DNA of 64,000 nt from an uncultured Lentimicrobiaceae bacterium (GCA_964652685.1 CAZZBS010000013.1:2933-66932); one strand, 5' to 3'; shown: positions 50,243-61,223, counted from the stretch's first letter. The notes: generated by a model not told the origin, from the sequence alone. Numbers and translations: made by a program.

Positions 50243-50716
50243 TCAATTATAAGGGCGTGTTAGTATGGTATGGTATATGACTGCGGTTCTCAGATCGAAA
50301 CTTTCGGCCAATGCCCGAACCTCCCCGGGCACTGAAGGCTTATCTTTTCCTGTAACGGTTTCCTCAACAATGATGGATGGAGTAACGTCAAAACCCTCCA
50401 TTGTAATGGAGGGGGTTGAATACTCCGGTTCCTTAAACGCATAATCTTCAAGTGTTTCAAGATTGCCGCCCAAAGGTGTCAGCGTTTCAAGGGATTCAGC
50501 AGGTGTAGGGTTGTTTTCCAATGTTTCTTCCAGGCTTTCTTCGGGTTTTTCATCCAACAGCCTCTTTAACATCTCCTGAAAATGTTTCTCCTCTCCCTCC
50601 ATCGGCTGTCCTGCCGGTGCATTTCTCTTTGCCTGGTCTTTTTTCTTCACCGCTTTGTAAATATTGATTACCACTGTCACAATGATAATCAGAATAATGA
50701 GTAGTTCTTCTTTCAT
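50243..50716 (-). CDS. Hypothetical membrane-anchored acidic protein
   Basis: N-terminal TM helix, SLE.L repeats, C-terminal FDLRTAVIYHTIL. Confidence 0.65.
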   Translation of the reverse strand: MKEELLIILIIIVTVVINIYKAVKKKDQAKRNAPAGQPMEGEEKHFQEMLKRLLDEKPEESLEETLENNPTPAESLETLTPLGGNLETLEDYAFKEPEYSTPSITMEGFDVTPSIIVEETVTGKDKPSVPGEVRALAESFDLRTAVIYHTILTRPYN

Positions 50717-50909
50717 TACGGGTACGATATTTACTGTCGGCTAAGATACATAATGTCGCTGATATGATGGCTTTGGACCAAATGAAAAAAGTACTTCGTT
50801 ATCACAACTTTTGGTCATAAAAATAAGGATCAAATTGTTACGAATGTAACCTAAACAGGATGCGGTAAGAGCAGAACAGTTTGCGGAACGGAAAAGGTGT
50901 GCTAAGGGA

Positions 50910-51695
50910 TCAAAGATGGCTGATTTCCTGGAGAATGATCTCTTTCTTCCTTCTGGAAACTGGCACCGTAGTGCCATCCTGCAATAGGATGTACCCTCCG
51001 TCGTCTTTCAGGTAGCTCTTGATATAGGCAATATTGACAAGGTGAGATTTGTGGGGTCGGATGAAACCATACTCACTCAGTAACTCTTCATTCTCTTTTA
51101 AGGTCTTGGAAACCATAATGGTTTTTCTGTCCCTGATGAAAAACCTTGTGTAGTAATCATCTGATTCGCATCGGATGATGTCTTTGATGTCTATCACATG
51201 CATCCCTTCAGAGGTTGACAGGATAATGCGCTTCGAGGCAGGATTCTTTTCCCGTATGTTTTCAAGAAGGACCCTGATGTGTTTGTTGATCGTACCATCG
51301 TTCTTTTTCTTTTGTACTTTGCTGACGGCATTTTTCAACTCTGCCGGCACAATTGGTTTCAGAAGGTAATCGAGTGCACTGTACCGGATGGCTTTAATGG
51401 CAAACTGATCGTATGCGGTGGTAAATACCACTTCAAAGTTGATTTCATCGAGTTCCTCCAGCAACTTGAACCCGCTGCCGTCCGGCATCTGTATGTCAAG
51501 AAAAACAACATCGGCCTGTTTTTCCCTGATCACCTGCAATCCGGTATGAAAACCGTCTGCTTCTCCAACCAACTCGACTTCATCCTGACAATACTTTGCA
51601 AGCAATCCGGACAGGGTATCCCTGCTCCTCTTTTCATCGTCAATAACAATGGCTCTGATTTTCATGGCTGTGATATTTGGTGCAATATTAATCAA
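50910..51695 (-). CDS. LytTR-family response regulator
   Basis: VIDDE, FLDIQMP, TTAYDQFA, DYLLKP, FIRPHKSHLVN. Confidence 0.93.
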   Translation of the reverse strand: MINIAPNITAMKIRAIVIDDEKRSRDTLSGLLAKYCQDEVELVGEADGFHTGLQVIREKQADVVFLDIQMPDGSGFKLLEELDEINFEVVFTTAYDQFAIKAIRYSALDYLLKPIVPAELKNAVSKVQKKKNDGTINKHIRVLLENIREKNPASKRIILSTSEGMHVIDIKDIIRCESDDYYTRFFIRDRKTIMVSKTLKENEELLSEYGFIRPHKSHLVNIAYIKSYLKDDGGYILLQDGTTVPVSRRKKEIILQEISHL

Positions 51696-54600
51696 ATCTC
51701 AATAAAAGGCATCTTGATCTCCACACGGGTGCCACATGCAATGGAATCCTTTGTGTACTTATCAATAACATTGACTTTTAATTCCTTATCATCGTTTGCA
51801 TTCAGTATATCAAGTCTTTGCTGGGTGATCATCATACCACTTGACTTCCTTTCCAGTCCTGATTCCTGCGCAAGTTGCATTGCCCTTACCCTTCCAACAC
51901 CATCATCTTCGATGATACAGAAAATGAAATCATGATTTTGTTCCATCCGGATACTGACTGTCCCTTTTTCCTTTTTATACATCAACCCATGTATGATGGC
52001 ATTTTCAACGTATGGCTGGAGTATCATGGGGGGGATTCCTGTAAAATCCTCATCAATGGAAGGGTCAACATCAATAGAGAATTCAAACTTGTCATCAAAT
52101 CTCAACTGTTCAATTTCAAGGTAATATCTTAGTGCGATGAGCTCTTCCCTGACAGGTATATAGGATTCCCGGCTATTGGTAAGGACCTGACGCATGAGCC
52201 TGGCAAACTTAGCAAGGTAGTCAATGGCTGTGTCGGGTTCATTGTTTACCATATAACTTTGAATGGAGTTTAATGTGTTGAAGATGAAGTGAGGATTCAT
52301 CTGTAACCTGAGGGCTTTCTGTTCAAGCTCAAAGTATTGTTTCTCCATTTCAAGCAACTGTTTCTCTATCTTGTGTTTCCGGTTAATCCGTTTAATCCGG
52401 TTTGTTACCATAATGTAAGTAAAAAACACAATGATAAAGGCCATACTCCCACGGAAAATCCATGTGGTATACCATGGGGGTGCGATAAACAGAGTTATAG
52501 CGATTCCCTTTTCATTCCAGATGCCGTCATTGTTTGAGCCTTTAACCCTGAACCGGTATTTTCCGGGAGGAACGTTCGTATATTCGGCAAGTCGGTCATA
52601 AGCATCGGTACTGATCCATCCCTTTTCGAAGTTTTCAAGAGTGTATTTGAACTGGTTTTTTGCCGGATTCGCGAAATCAAGGGCTGTGAAATTAAATGCG
52701 AAGAAATTCTCACTGTATTTGAGATAGATGGTATCTCCGTCGAACAATTCGCGGTGGGCCAGCTTATCAAAAATATAGAACCCTGAAATAGCAATCCTTG
52801 CAGGTTTTTCATTTTTCCTGATTTCATCGGGAAAAAATGAATTAAATCCGTTCATGCCCCCAAAGAAAATACGACCGTTGGATGTCCTGAGCGATGCACC
52901 CAGGTTAAACTCATTGCTCTGGATGCCATCTTTAACTCCGTAAGTGATAAAACTTTCATTGGTAATGTTGAACCGGGCCAGCCCTTTATTGGTTGGGATC
53001 CAAAGGTTACCGTTCTGGTCATCAATTACTTTGTACACTACATTGTTCGGAAGGCCATCTTTCTCAGTATAAAAACGGTACTTTCCTGTTGTCGGGTCGT
53101 ACCGCATCAGTCCTCCACCCATGGTGCCAATCCAGTAAATACCACCGGGACTTTGATATATGCTGGATATCCTGAGCTGATTTGCCGTAAAACGCTGTTT
53201 CATATCGGGGAAAGCAGGGTAGAACTTCTGTCTGACTGGTTCGAACCAACAAAGGCCTGCACCGGTTGCGATCCAGATTCTGTTGTTTTTATCTTTGTAG
53301 ATGTCAAAAACATTATTGTCGGGCAGCGATAACGGATCATTGACATCATGCAGGTAGTTAATGAATTTCTCGCTGGTTTTTTCGAATTTGTTCAAACCCT
53401 GTTCAGTTGCAATCCACAGGAACCCTTCATGATCCTCAATGATCTTACAGACAAAATTATTCGTAAGAGAATTCGGTATCTCCCGGTTCATGGTGTAATG
53501 CTTGATCTGATAGGTCCTTGGGTTATATCTTGACAAGCCGCCTGTTGAACCGATCCACATAATTCCATTGGCGTCTTTATGGAAAGCTCGTACAAGTCCG
53601 TTTATCAAAGGTGTGGGTTTTCCATGTCTGTCCTCCATTAGTCTGAAGATCCCTTTTTCTGGATAAAACAGGTTAATACCGTTTTCGCTACCTACCCAGA
53701 TCACACCGTTATCATCTTCAAAAAAGCTGAATATCACATCGCTTAATAATCCGAATGGGTCACCGGGGACTTGTTTGTGATGTCTGAACTTGCTGGAATA
53801 ACTGTCATACTTGTTCAGTCCGCTGTAGGTGCCGATCCATATGATGCCGGCATGATCCCTGAAAAGACTGTATATTTGGTCATTACTGAGGCTTTGTGGG
53901 TCATCTTTCTTGTTCTGCAGAATTTTATACGAATCATCGTTTGTGTTCAGGATGATCAGACCCTCTCTGGCTGTTCCGATCCACAGCGATCCATCTGAGA
54001 GAAAGAGCAGGTCATAAATCTGATTTTCAGGTAGTGTCGGGTCGGTGGATTGGTTTCTGAAAAAATGTTTTACCTCTTTCCCAGGGTAATTGATACGGAA
54101 GAGCCCTTTCTGGGTCCCGATCCAGAGGCTGTGATCAGGGTGCTGGGCAATGCAATAAACCGGCAGCATTGAAAGGGTGTCCCAGTCGTTGGAGCGGTTG
54201 TGGTGAATAAAGCTATTTGTGGCAGGTTGAAATAATTCCAGCCCTTTGAATGTTGCAATCCAGATCTGTCCCTGGTCGTCACAGAATATATCATTGATCC
54301 AGTTGTTGATCAGACTCTTGCTTTGGGTAATGTCGTGCCGGTAATTCCGGAAGCGGCCTGTTTTCTGTTGATAAACACTGATACCCCGGTTGGTGCCTAT
54401 CCAGATATTACCTTCCCTGTCCAGGCATAAAGACCTTATCCTGTTATGTACCAGCGAATATTCATTTCTGTGGTCATTACGGAAAATGGTTATCTTATCC
54501 CGGATCCTGTCGTAAACATTCAGCCCGTCATCTGTCCCGATCCAGATCAATCCGTCATAGTCTTCAACAAGAGCCTGTATGTTCTGGTTGCTCAGCCCAT

Positions 54601-54883
54601 TCTCTTCATTCCAGACCGTGAAAGTGTAGCCGTCATACTTATTAAGGCCATCCCATGTGCCAAACCAGAGAAATCCGTACCTGTCCTGGATCATCGTCTG
54701 AACTGTGTTCTGTGACAATCCCTTTTCGTACCTGACCATGTCGGTGGTAATCCGTTCAAAAGTGACAGATGGTTTTTTCTGTGGTAAAGCAGGCCCCCCC
54801 CACAAGATCGCCAACAACAGCAGCCAATACCCGGGATGCCGGAAGGGTTCCGGTAACCTGATCGAATGGCACATGTTCATCAT
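51692..54883 (-). CDS. LytS-type sensor kinase with periplasmic beta-propeller and Y_Y_Y domains
   Basis: Reg_prop repeats (WIGT..GL), YRFRVKGSN, TM helix, LRLQMNPHFIFNTLNSI, QPYVENAIIHG. Confidence 0.92.
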   Translation of the reverse strand: MMNMCHSIRLPEPFRHPGYWLLLLAILWGGPALPQKKPSVTFERITTDMVRYEKGLSQNTVQTMIQDRYGFLWFGTWDGLNKYDGYTFTVWNEENGLSNQNIQALVEDYDGLIWIGTDDGLNVYDRIRDKITIFRNDHRNEYSLVHNRIRSLCLDREGNIWIGTNRGISVYQQKTGRFRNYRHDITQSKSLINNWINDIFCDDQGQIWIATFKGLELFQPATNSFIHHNRSNDWDTLSMLPVYCIAQHPDHSLWIGTQKGLFRINYPGKEVKHFFRNQSTDPTLPENQIYDLLFLSDGSLWIGTAREGLIILNTNDDSYKILQNKKDDPQSLSNDQIYSLFRDHAGIIWIGTYSGLNKYDSYSSKFRHHKQVPGDPFGLLSDVIFSFFEDDNGVIWVGSENGINLFYPEKGIFRLMEDRHGKPTPLINGLVRAFHKDANGIMWIGSTGGLSRYNPRTYQIKHYTMNREIPNSLTNNFVCKIIEDHEGFLWIATEQGLNKFEKTSEKFINYLHDVNDPLSLPDNNVFDIYKDKNNRIWIATGAGLCWFEPVRQKFYPAFPDMKQRFTANQLRISSIYQSPGGIYWIGTMGGGLMRYDPTTGKYRFYTEKDGLPNNVVYKVIDDQNGNLWIPTNKGLARFNITNESFITYGVKDGIQSNEFNLGASLRTSNGRIFFGGMNGFNSFFPDEIRKNEKPARIAISGFYIFDKLAHRELFDGDTIYLKYSENFFAFNFTALDFANPAKNQFKYTLENFEKGWISTDAYDRLAEYTNVPPGKYRFRVKGSNNDGIWNEKGIAITLFIAPPWYTTWIFRGSMAFIIVFFTYIMVTNRIKRINRKHKIEKQLLEMEKQYFELEQKALRLQMNPHFIFNTLNSIQSYMVNNEPDTAIDYLAKFARLMRQVLTNSRESYIPVREELIALRYYLEIEQLRFDDKFEFSIDVDPSIDEDFTGIPPMILQPYVENAIIHGLMYKKEKGTVSIRMEQNHDFIFCIIEDDGVGRVRAMQLAQESGLERKSSGMMITQQRLDILNANDDKELKVNVIDKYTKDSIACGTRVEIKMPFIEI

Positions 54884-54937
54884 GGATTACATTTGATATA
54901 TTGAAGGAAGATTTGATTCTATGAAGATAGACCTCGA

Positions 54938-55282
54938 TCAATCCTGTCTGCGCCTTTGCCTGTTATCCTGCCATTGGTAATACCATCTTTCATAGAAAGG
55001 CTCCTTTTTGTTCTCGCGCCACCGCCTGGATTTCTTTTCCAGTTCACGCATCTGTTTACGGGTTTCTTTGTCCTGTATCTTCTTCTGCCTTTCAGCCAGC
55101 TTCTGGTATTCATTCTCACGGTTGTCCTGTCGCTGATCAATCTCTTTTTTGGTGTTGCTGATTCTTCGGTCATCCTTTCGTTGCATACGATTTACCGTAT
55201 CACAGGAGGAAAAGAAAAACGATATAAGAATCAGGGTCAACATGGGAACCAGGATGATGCTTTTCCGAATGAATGGGTTCAT
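54938..55282 (-). CDS. Small highly charged lipoprotein, hypothetical
   Basis: Lipobox FSSC followed by an R/K/E/Q-rich helical body. Confidence 0.6.
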   Translation of the reverse strand: MNPFIRKSIILVPMLTLILISFFFSSCDTVNRMQRKDDRRISNTKKEIDQRQDNRENEYQKLAERQKKIQDKETRKQMRELEKKSRRWRENKKEPFYERWYYQWQDNRQRRRQD

Positions 55283-55406
55283 AAAGAATAATTTTTACGA
55301 AATTACTGAATCCGTTGAAATGACAGGAAGTTTGGACGATGATATTTTAGGGTGTCATGTAACATTTCGAGGTATCTTTGCATGGAATGACAAAGCTGAT
55401 GATAGT

Positions 55407-55844
55407 ATGAACGTTATAACCACTGCAAGTTGTATGGCAGTATTAATGGCCGTGGCCCTGGTTTTATGTCCGGGATGCGACAGGGAAGATAAGGAACGTG
55501 TTCCTTATGTGTATGTGAATTTTCAGGCAGATGTGACTTCGGGTCAGTTTACGGAGTTACAATTGATTGGCGGGTGGGTTTACGTCACCGGGGGGTACAG
55601 GGGTATTATTTTGCATAGAAGTGCTTTCGAGGAAATTGTGGCTTTAGACCGGACATCGACTTATAAGCCTGAAACAATGGGTATTCAGGTGGTGGTGGAA
55701 CCAAACAACATGTTTGCGGTCGACACAGTTAACGCTATGAAATATTTGCTGATGGATGGTTCAGTTGTGGAGGGTCCGGTAAGTAAGCCATTGAAAAGGT
55801 ATCGGACTACTTTCGATGGCACTATGCTTCATGTTTATAACTGA
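55407..55844 (+). CDS. Rieske-fold-like lipoprotein lacking the Cys ligands
   Basis: Lipobox PGC, GGYRGIIL, ALDR, DGSVVEGP..PLKRY. TATCTTTG box at 55373-55380. Start ATG 55407. Confidence 0.6.
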   Translation: MNVITTASCMAVLMAVALVLCPGCDREDKERVPYVYVNFQADVTSGQFTELQLIGGWVYVTGGYRGIILHRSAFEEIVALDRTSTYKPETMGIQVVVEPNNMFAVDTVNAMKYLLMDGSVVEGPVSKPLKRYRTTFDGTMLHVYN

Positions 55845-56696
55845 TCAAAGCCCCGGAGACAACCTGAGGCTTTCCCTCGGATGAACACTCAATACGGGGA
55901 TGGGAGACTGATTGACCATCTGTTGTGCATAAGGACCCAGCCAGAGGTTCATTGCGCTTGTGGTCTGCTCAGTCATAATCGTGATTAGGTTCGCTTCGAT
56001 CTGCGTGGCAAATTCAATGGTGGCTTTGGTCACATTCCCGGCTTCAATCTTATGAACCTGATGTCTGACGCCGAATTTCACAAAGTGCTTTGAAACCTGG
56101 TCGATATAACTGTCGATCATGTTCCTGTAATGGTCAACAGAACTTGTGTAAAGGCCCAGAACGTACACTTCGGCGTTGAAATAATGGGCAATGTCGGTTG
56201 TGATGGCTACCTTCTGCCTGGTTTCACGAGTATCATCAAGAGGGAGTACAATTTTGGTAAGGTCACGGTTGATATCCACCCCCAAACGAATGGTGATCAC
56301 GGGGCAGGGAGCAATGGAAATCAGTTTATTGGCATTGCTGCCGATCCAGAAAGGATCGTAGCCGGAAGTGCCGTGTGTACCGACCAGAATGAGGTCAGCC
56401 TCCTTCTCTTTTGCCAGCTGGGCTATTTCCTTGTACACCTTTCCCTTTCGGATCGTAAAGGTCATCTTGGATTCCGGAAGCATCACCTGATATTTCCTGA
56501 CCAGATCACTGAATTTATCCTCCACAACCTGGTTGATATCAGTGTCTTTTTCAGTGAGCAGGTTTTTGGCAATCGACGGAATGTTTACCCATACCATAAG
56601 GAGATCTGCTCTCGCTTTGCGCGCAATGGAAATAGCATGTTCCAGGCAGTTGATGGAATTGTCTGAAAAATCTATCCCTACAATGATTAGTTCCAT
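55845..56696 (-). CDS. Universal stress protein (two USP domains)
   Basis: VGIDFS, LILVGTHGTSG, GSNANKL...PCPVITI. Confidence 0.9.
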   Translation of the reverse strand: MELIIVGIDFSDNSINCLEHAISIARKARADLLMVWVNIPSIAKNLLTEKDTDINQVVEDKFSDLVRKYQVMLPESKMTFTIRKGKVYKEIAQLAKEKEADLILVGTHGTSGYDPFWIGSNANKLISIAPCPVITIRLGVDINRDLTKIVLPLDDTRETRQKVAITTDIAHYFNAEVYVLGLYTSSVDHYRNMIDSYIDQVSKHFVKFGVRHQVHKIEAGNVTKATIEFATQIEANLITIMTEQTTSAMNLWLGPYAQQMVNQSPIPVLSVHPRESLRLSPGL

Positions 56697-56729
56697 ATTA
56701 TTCTGGTTTTGGTTTATGCAGGTTGTTTT

Positions 56730-57143
56730 TTAAAGGTCGGGAAGATCAATTTTTGATGGAACAACATAAGCCATTTCAAAATGTTTGAGGACATCCTGTA
56801 GAAATTTTTCTGCTTCAAGTCGGGTCCTGAAGTTTCCAACCCGAACCTTGAAATTCGGGGCGTCAAATGTTACATAAGCTTTCGTGTCAGGGAAAAACAT
56901 CATAAAACGTCTTCGCTCATTGTTCGCCCGGTTTTTTGCATTGGAGCCGGAATCGAAAAAGATCTGAATTCTGTATCCTGTGAGACCGTTAAAGCCCTCA
57001 TTGTTACTGATATGTTTCGCAACCAATGCAGCTACCCTTTCATCCTGGATGATATTCACCTCCCCTTGAACCACCTTCTGTCCGTTGGCGATGATCGTGA
57101 AGAAAGTTATTATAATCAGAATTATTACCACACGTATCTTCAT
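56730..57143 (-). CDS. SPOR-domain protein
   Basis: GYRIQIF...APNFKVRVGNFRTRLEAEKFL. Confidence 0.9.
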   Translation of the reverse strand: MKIRVVIILIIITFFTIIANGQKVVQGEVNIIQDERVAALVAKHISNNEGFNGLTGYRIQIFFDSGSNAKNRANNERRRFMMFFPDTKAYVTFDAPNFKVRVGNFRTRLEAEKFLQDVLKHFEMAYVVPSKIDLPDL

Positions 57144-57442
57144 ACTTTCATTCTTTATTTTATAAACCAGGATTTTGGATGGTCGGTTTCACAAAATACC
57201 CAAATTGCAAATATAATATAAGAAATGAAATTACCAAATAGCTGATAAAATTTCAAGTTAGTTTTACTGGTACGATTTACCTGAATCTATGGAGGCCACA
57301 TGACAAATGCTTGATATCCAAATATATAAAATATCTGTCAATGGGTAAATAAACATGAGCACAAAATGAAAAATGACAGATGGTCTTAATCTGCTGATGA
57401 TTTTTCTTGCGATGTTTTAAACTTCCCTTAAGGGGCTACCTG

Positions 57443-58288
57443 TCAATGAAGAGCAAAATCGTATAAATTCCTTGATCTGAGAGAAATAACCGGTAAGTGG
57501 CAGTGATTGATCATCTGCTGCGCATAGGAACCAAGCAGCAGGTTGCTCAATGTGGTTTCCTGTTCGGTCATAATGATAATTACGTCTCCATTCTTTTCTT
57601 TAGCAAATTGGATTGTAGTATCAGTGAGGTTGTCGGCTTCCCGGATATGGGTCGAATTAATCACATTTTCGTTAAGTAAATATTTTTCAACCTGAAGACA
57701 GTAAGAGGCAATCAGGGCTTTCATTGCATTGGATGTAACCAACCCAAGGATAAATACTTCAGCATTGAAAAGTTTTGCCAGATTGGCGGTAAACGGCACC
57801 TTTTGCCTTGACTCCATGGTACTGTCAATGGGTAGTACGATCCGTGATATGCTTTTCCTTGCATCTTCTCCGTACCGGATGGTGACAACAGGGCAGGGTG
57901 AATTGGTTACAATGCGGTAAGCATTACTCCCGATCCATGAAGGCTCAAAGCCTGAAATACCATGGGTGCCAACTACAATCATATAGGCATCATGGTATTT
58001 GGCCTGGTTAACGATTTCACGGTCAACCTTACCCGAACGCACTTTATACATAAGTTTGCCTGACCTCATTTCAAACGTGTATTTCGTGATAATCTCCTCC
58101 AGTCTTTTTTTGGCTTCCTTCCGGATTTCATTCCTGTCGTCGCTGAAAATGGATTCTTCACGTTGCGGTTTCATCACATGTACCAGCATTACATTGGCAT
58201 GGGCTTTATTGGCAACACTGGTGGCGAATTTTAAAGCATGCATGGATCCTTTGGAGAAGTCGATTCCAACAATGATGATTTTTTTCAT
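57443..58288 (-). CDS. Universal stress protein (two USP domains)
   Basis: VGIDFS, VVGTHGISG, GSNAYRIVTNSPCPV, GSYAQQMINH. Confidence 0.9.
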   Translation of the reverse strand: MKKIIIVGIDFSKGSMHALKFATSVANKAHANVMLVHVMKPQREESIFSDDRNEIRKEAKKRLEEIITKYTFEMRSGKLMYKVRSGKVDREIVNQAKYHDAYMIVVGTHGISGFEPSWIGSNAYRIVTNSPCPVVTIRYGEDARKSISRIVLPIDSTMESRQKVPFTANLAKLFNAEVFILGLVTSNAMKALIASYCLQVEKYLLNENVINSTHIREADNLTDTTIQFAKEKNGDVIIIMTEQETTLSNLLLGSYAQQMINHCHLPVISLRSRNLYDFALH

Positions 58289-58572
58289 ACGTCATATAAT
58301 TGAGTTAATATTCTGCTTGTTACTGGAACGATTACATCCGGGCATCTATCCATAAAATCCATTGTAAAGATATAATAAGATGCCAGCGTTTCACACATTG
58401 GGCGTATTTTTTTTCTTCTTCAGATGGATTTGGAAGTGATGACCCTTTGTAAGAGGGTGTTCATAGGAGGAATCCCCCCCTTTCACCGATTTATTGTTTA
58501 CAGCCCTGGCAATGCAATATACTTTTGTCGCATCAATCAGAAAATCAGGTTTCATCATTAAAAAGAAAAACA

Positions 58573-59307
58573 ATGGAAAAGCATTTTCATTTGCACACGG
58601 AGAATGGGATGAAGGAAATCAAACCCTCTCTGAAAAGGAAGACCATTATGTTTGGTCTGCTGATCATTGCTGCCGGCATCTTTTGGCTGCTGAGAAATTT
58701 CAATCTGCTCGACGATACTTTAGAACGGGCTGTTTTCTCCTGGCAGGCGTTGGTAATATCCATCGGGTTGTTGAATGTGGTCAATGGTCGTTCACGCTTT
58801 TTTGGACTTTTACTGATCCTTCTGGGCTCTTTTTTCCTTATTACGCAACTTTACAATCTGCCGGTAACTTTCAGCCAGGCATTCTGGCCTTCCCTGATTA
58901 TCCTGGGCGGACTGATGGTCATTTTCAGTTCCCGACGGTTATTCCGCAGGAAGTTGCAGGTGGTTACGGAGGGGGATGACTTTTTCGAAGAGGTGTCGGT
59001 ATTCGGAGGCCGGGAACGGAAGGTGGTCTCATCCAGCTTCAAAGGGGGCAAATCTATTTCTGTTTTTGGGGGCTCTGTCCTGGATTTCACCCGATGCGAC
59101 CTAGCACCGGGGCCTCAGGAAATCGAATTTGTTTCCGTTTTTGGTGGTGCTAAAATAATTGTACCTAAGGAATGGAATGTGAAAACAGAGGTGGCCGGCA
59201 TCCTGGGTGGTTTCAGTGATAAAAGGTCCATGGATCAGGTTCATGAAGATAAACTGTTAATCATTAAAGGAGTTGCTATCTTTGGAGGCGGGGAACTGAT
59301 CAACTAG
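58573..59307 (+). CDS. LiaF-like membrane protein (DUF5668 TM plus C-terminal domain)
   Basis: GLLIIAAGIFWLL, SWQALVI, FWPSLII, then VFGG repeats. Start ATG 58573. Confidence 0.8.
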   Translation: MEKHFHLHTENGMKEIKPSLKRKTIMFGLLIIAAGIFWLLRNFNLLDDTLERAVFSWQALVISIGLLNVVNGRSRFFGLLLILLGSFFLITQLYNLPVTFSQAFWPSLIILGGLMVIFSSRRLFRRKLQVVTEGDDFFEEVSVFGGRERKVVSSSFKGGKSISVFGGSVLDFTRCDLAPGPQEIEFVSVFGGAKIIVPKEWNVKTEVAGILGGFSDKRSMDQVHEDKLLIIKGVAIFGGGELIN

Positions 59308-59333
59308 GTCATCCCTGTTATCAATCCGGAAAA

Positions 59334-60398
59334 ATGATAAAAAGGCGATTGCCATTGATTTATGCCGGGATATGGATCGTGCTTGCAGCAGCCCATATCC
59401 TGGTTTTAGTGTTTGCCTATAAACTGGAACCATTGCCTGCAGTGGTCGAAGGACTGCTTTTTAACTTCTCGTTTGCGCTGCTCGGAATAGGATTATGGTA
59501 CATGGTCAGATATTCTGACCTGAACCGGCGCTCCTGGCTTGAACTTTTATTTGTCCATCTTACGGGTGTTACCGTTGTGCAACTAATCTGGATCGTTCCT
59601 GTGTACCATCTGCTGAAACTTATCTTTGCAGGCAATCTGGTTTATGTAGGTTTCTTGGAAGAAACCCTGACCATCCGTGTAATCACCGGTACGGTACTGT
59701 ATGCAGCCATCGTCAGCATTGCCTATTTGGTAGATAATATCAGGCGGTTACGTGACCAACAGAAGCGGGAAGATGAGCTTAAAAACCTGCTGAAGGATTC
59801 AGAATTGAGTATGCTGCGATTTCAGATCAATCCCCATTTCCTTTTTAACAGTCTGAATGCTGTAAGTTCTCTGATTATCAAACGCCCGGAAGAGGCAAAC
59901 CAGATGGTGCTGAAACTTTCAGGATTCATGCGTTATTCCCTTGAATCTGCCGGAAAGGCAATGAGCACTGCCGGCAAGGAACTGGAGCATTGTAACTTGT
60001 ATCTTGACATTGAACGGGTGCGTTTTGGAGAACGCCTGAAGGTGAAGATGAAGACAGAAGAAAGCCTGAATGATTATCCCGTTCCCGCCATGTTGCTGCA
60101 ACCCCTAGTGGAAAACGCAATCAAACATGGATTAAATGATGCCGAAGAGGGAATCCTGGTTCATGTTACATTGGAAAATACCAGCAACGGATTAAAGATC
60201 ATAGTTACCAATCCGGCAGGGATCAAAAGTAAAAGATATGCTGTCGGAACAGGAACCGGCCTGAAAAACATCCGCTCCCGCCTGGAAAACCTCTATGCCA
60301 GAAGCGATCTGATGCGTATCAGGGAGGAAAACGGGTTGTTTATCGTTACCATTAACATACCGCCAGATGTCAGAAAAGGTGAAAAGTCTTATCATTGA
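59334..60398 (+). CDS. LytS/YehU-type sensor histidine kinase
   Basis: TM helices, LRFQINPHFLFNSLN, LQPLVENAIKHG, GTGTGLKNI. Confidence 0.92.
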   Translation: MIKRRLPLIYAGIWIVLAAAHILVLVFAYKLEPLPAVVEGLLFNFSFALLGIGLWYMVRYSDLNRRSWLELLFVHLTGVTVVQLIWIVPVYHLLKLIFAGNLVYVGFLEETLTIRVITGTVLYAAIVSIAYLVDNIRRLRDQQKREDELKNLLKDSELSMLRFQINPHFLFNSLNAVSSLIIKRPEEANQMVLKLSGFMRYSLESAGKAMSTAGKELEHCNLYLDIERVRFGERLKVKMKTEESLNDYPVPAMLLQPLVENAIKHGLNDAEEGILVHVTLENTSNGLKIIVTNPAGIKSKRYAVGTGTGLKNIRSRLENLYARSDLMRIREENGLFIVTINIPPDVRKGEKSYH

Positions 60399-61119
60399 TG
60401 ATGAACCACCGGCCAGGGAATTACTCAGGCATTACCTCGGCCGGATTCATGAGATACAGGTAATTGGGGAATGTTCCAATGGATTTGATGCTCTGAAAGT
60501 TATCCGCGAGGAAAATCCGCAATTGATCTTCCTTGATATTCAGATGCCAAAGATCAGTGGATTTGAGTTGCTGGAGGTACTTGAAAATCCCCCTGAGGTT
60601 ATTTTCTGTACGGCCTACGATGAATGGGCCATTAAAGCTTTTGAGATGCATGCTGTGGACTACCTCCTGAAACCTTTTTCCGAAGAACGGCTCCAACAGG
60701 CGGTCGAACGGGCAGTTGAACGGATAAAAAAAGGGAGAGGGCAATTGTCTGAGACGAATATCGGGATAAAACAGATCATACAATCACCAGGGAAATGCCT
60801 GACACGGATCATTGCCAAAACAGGTACTACCCTTACGGTGATACCGGTCGATGCCATACATTACCTTGAAGCCCAGGATGATTATGTGATGGTTGTTTCT
60901 GATCAGGGGAACCATCTGAAAGAAAAACCCCTGAAATTCTATGAAGAATACCTGCCGGGGGATGTCTTCATTCGGATACATCGCAGTTATATTGTTAATA
61001 TCCGAAGAATTAAAACTATTTCCCTGTATGGGAAGGAGAGCTATATGGTTAAGCTGATTTCAGGTGCAGAAATCAGGGCAAGTGCTTCAGGATACAGGGT
61101 GTTAAAAAACCTTCTGTAA
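60367..61119 (+). CDS. LytTR-family response regulator
   Basis: IIDDE, FLDIQMP, DYLLKPF, FIRIHRSYIVN. Confidence 0.93.
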   Translation: MSEKVKSLIIDDEPPARELLRHYLGRIHEIQVIGECSNGFDALKVIREENPQLIFLDIQMPKISGFELLEVLENPPEVIFCTAYDEWAIKAFEMHAVDYLLKPFSEERLQQAVERAVERIKKGRGQLSETNIGIKQIIQSPGKCLTRIIAKTGTTLTVIPVDAIHYLEAQDDYVMVVSDQGNHLKEKPLKFYEEYLPGDVFIRIHRSYIVNIRRIKTISLYGKESYMVKLISGAEIRASASGYRVLKNLL

Positions 61120-61223
61120 ATGACCTGTTGTTTTATGTCAATGGTTGTTTATCTTTGTTCAACCTGTCATCATCAAACCGATTATTTAATTCATCATACG
61201 TTGAACAAACACTTAGGATAGTT

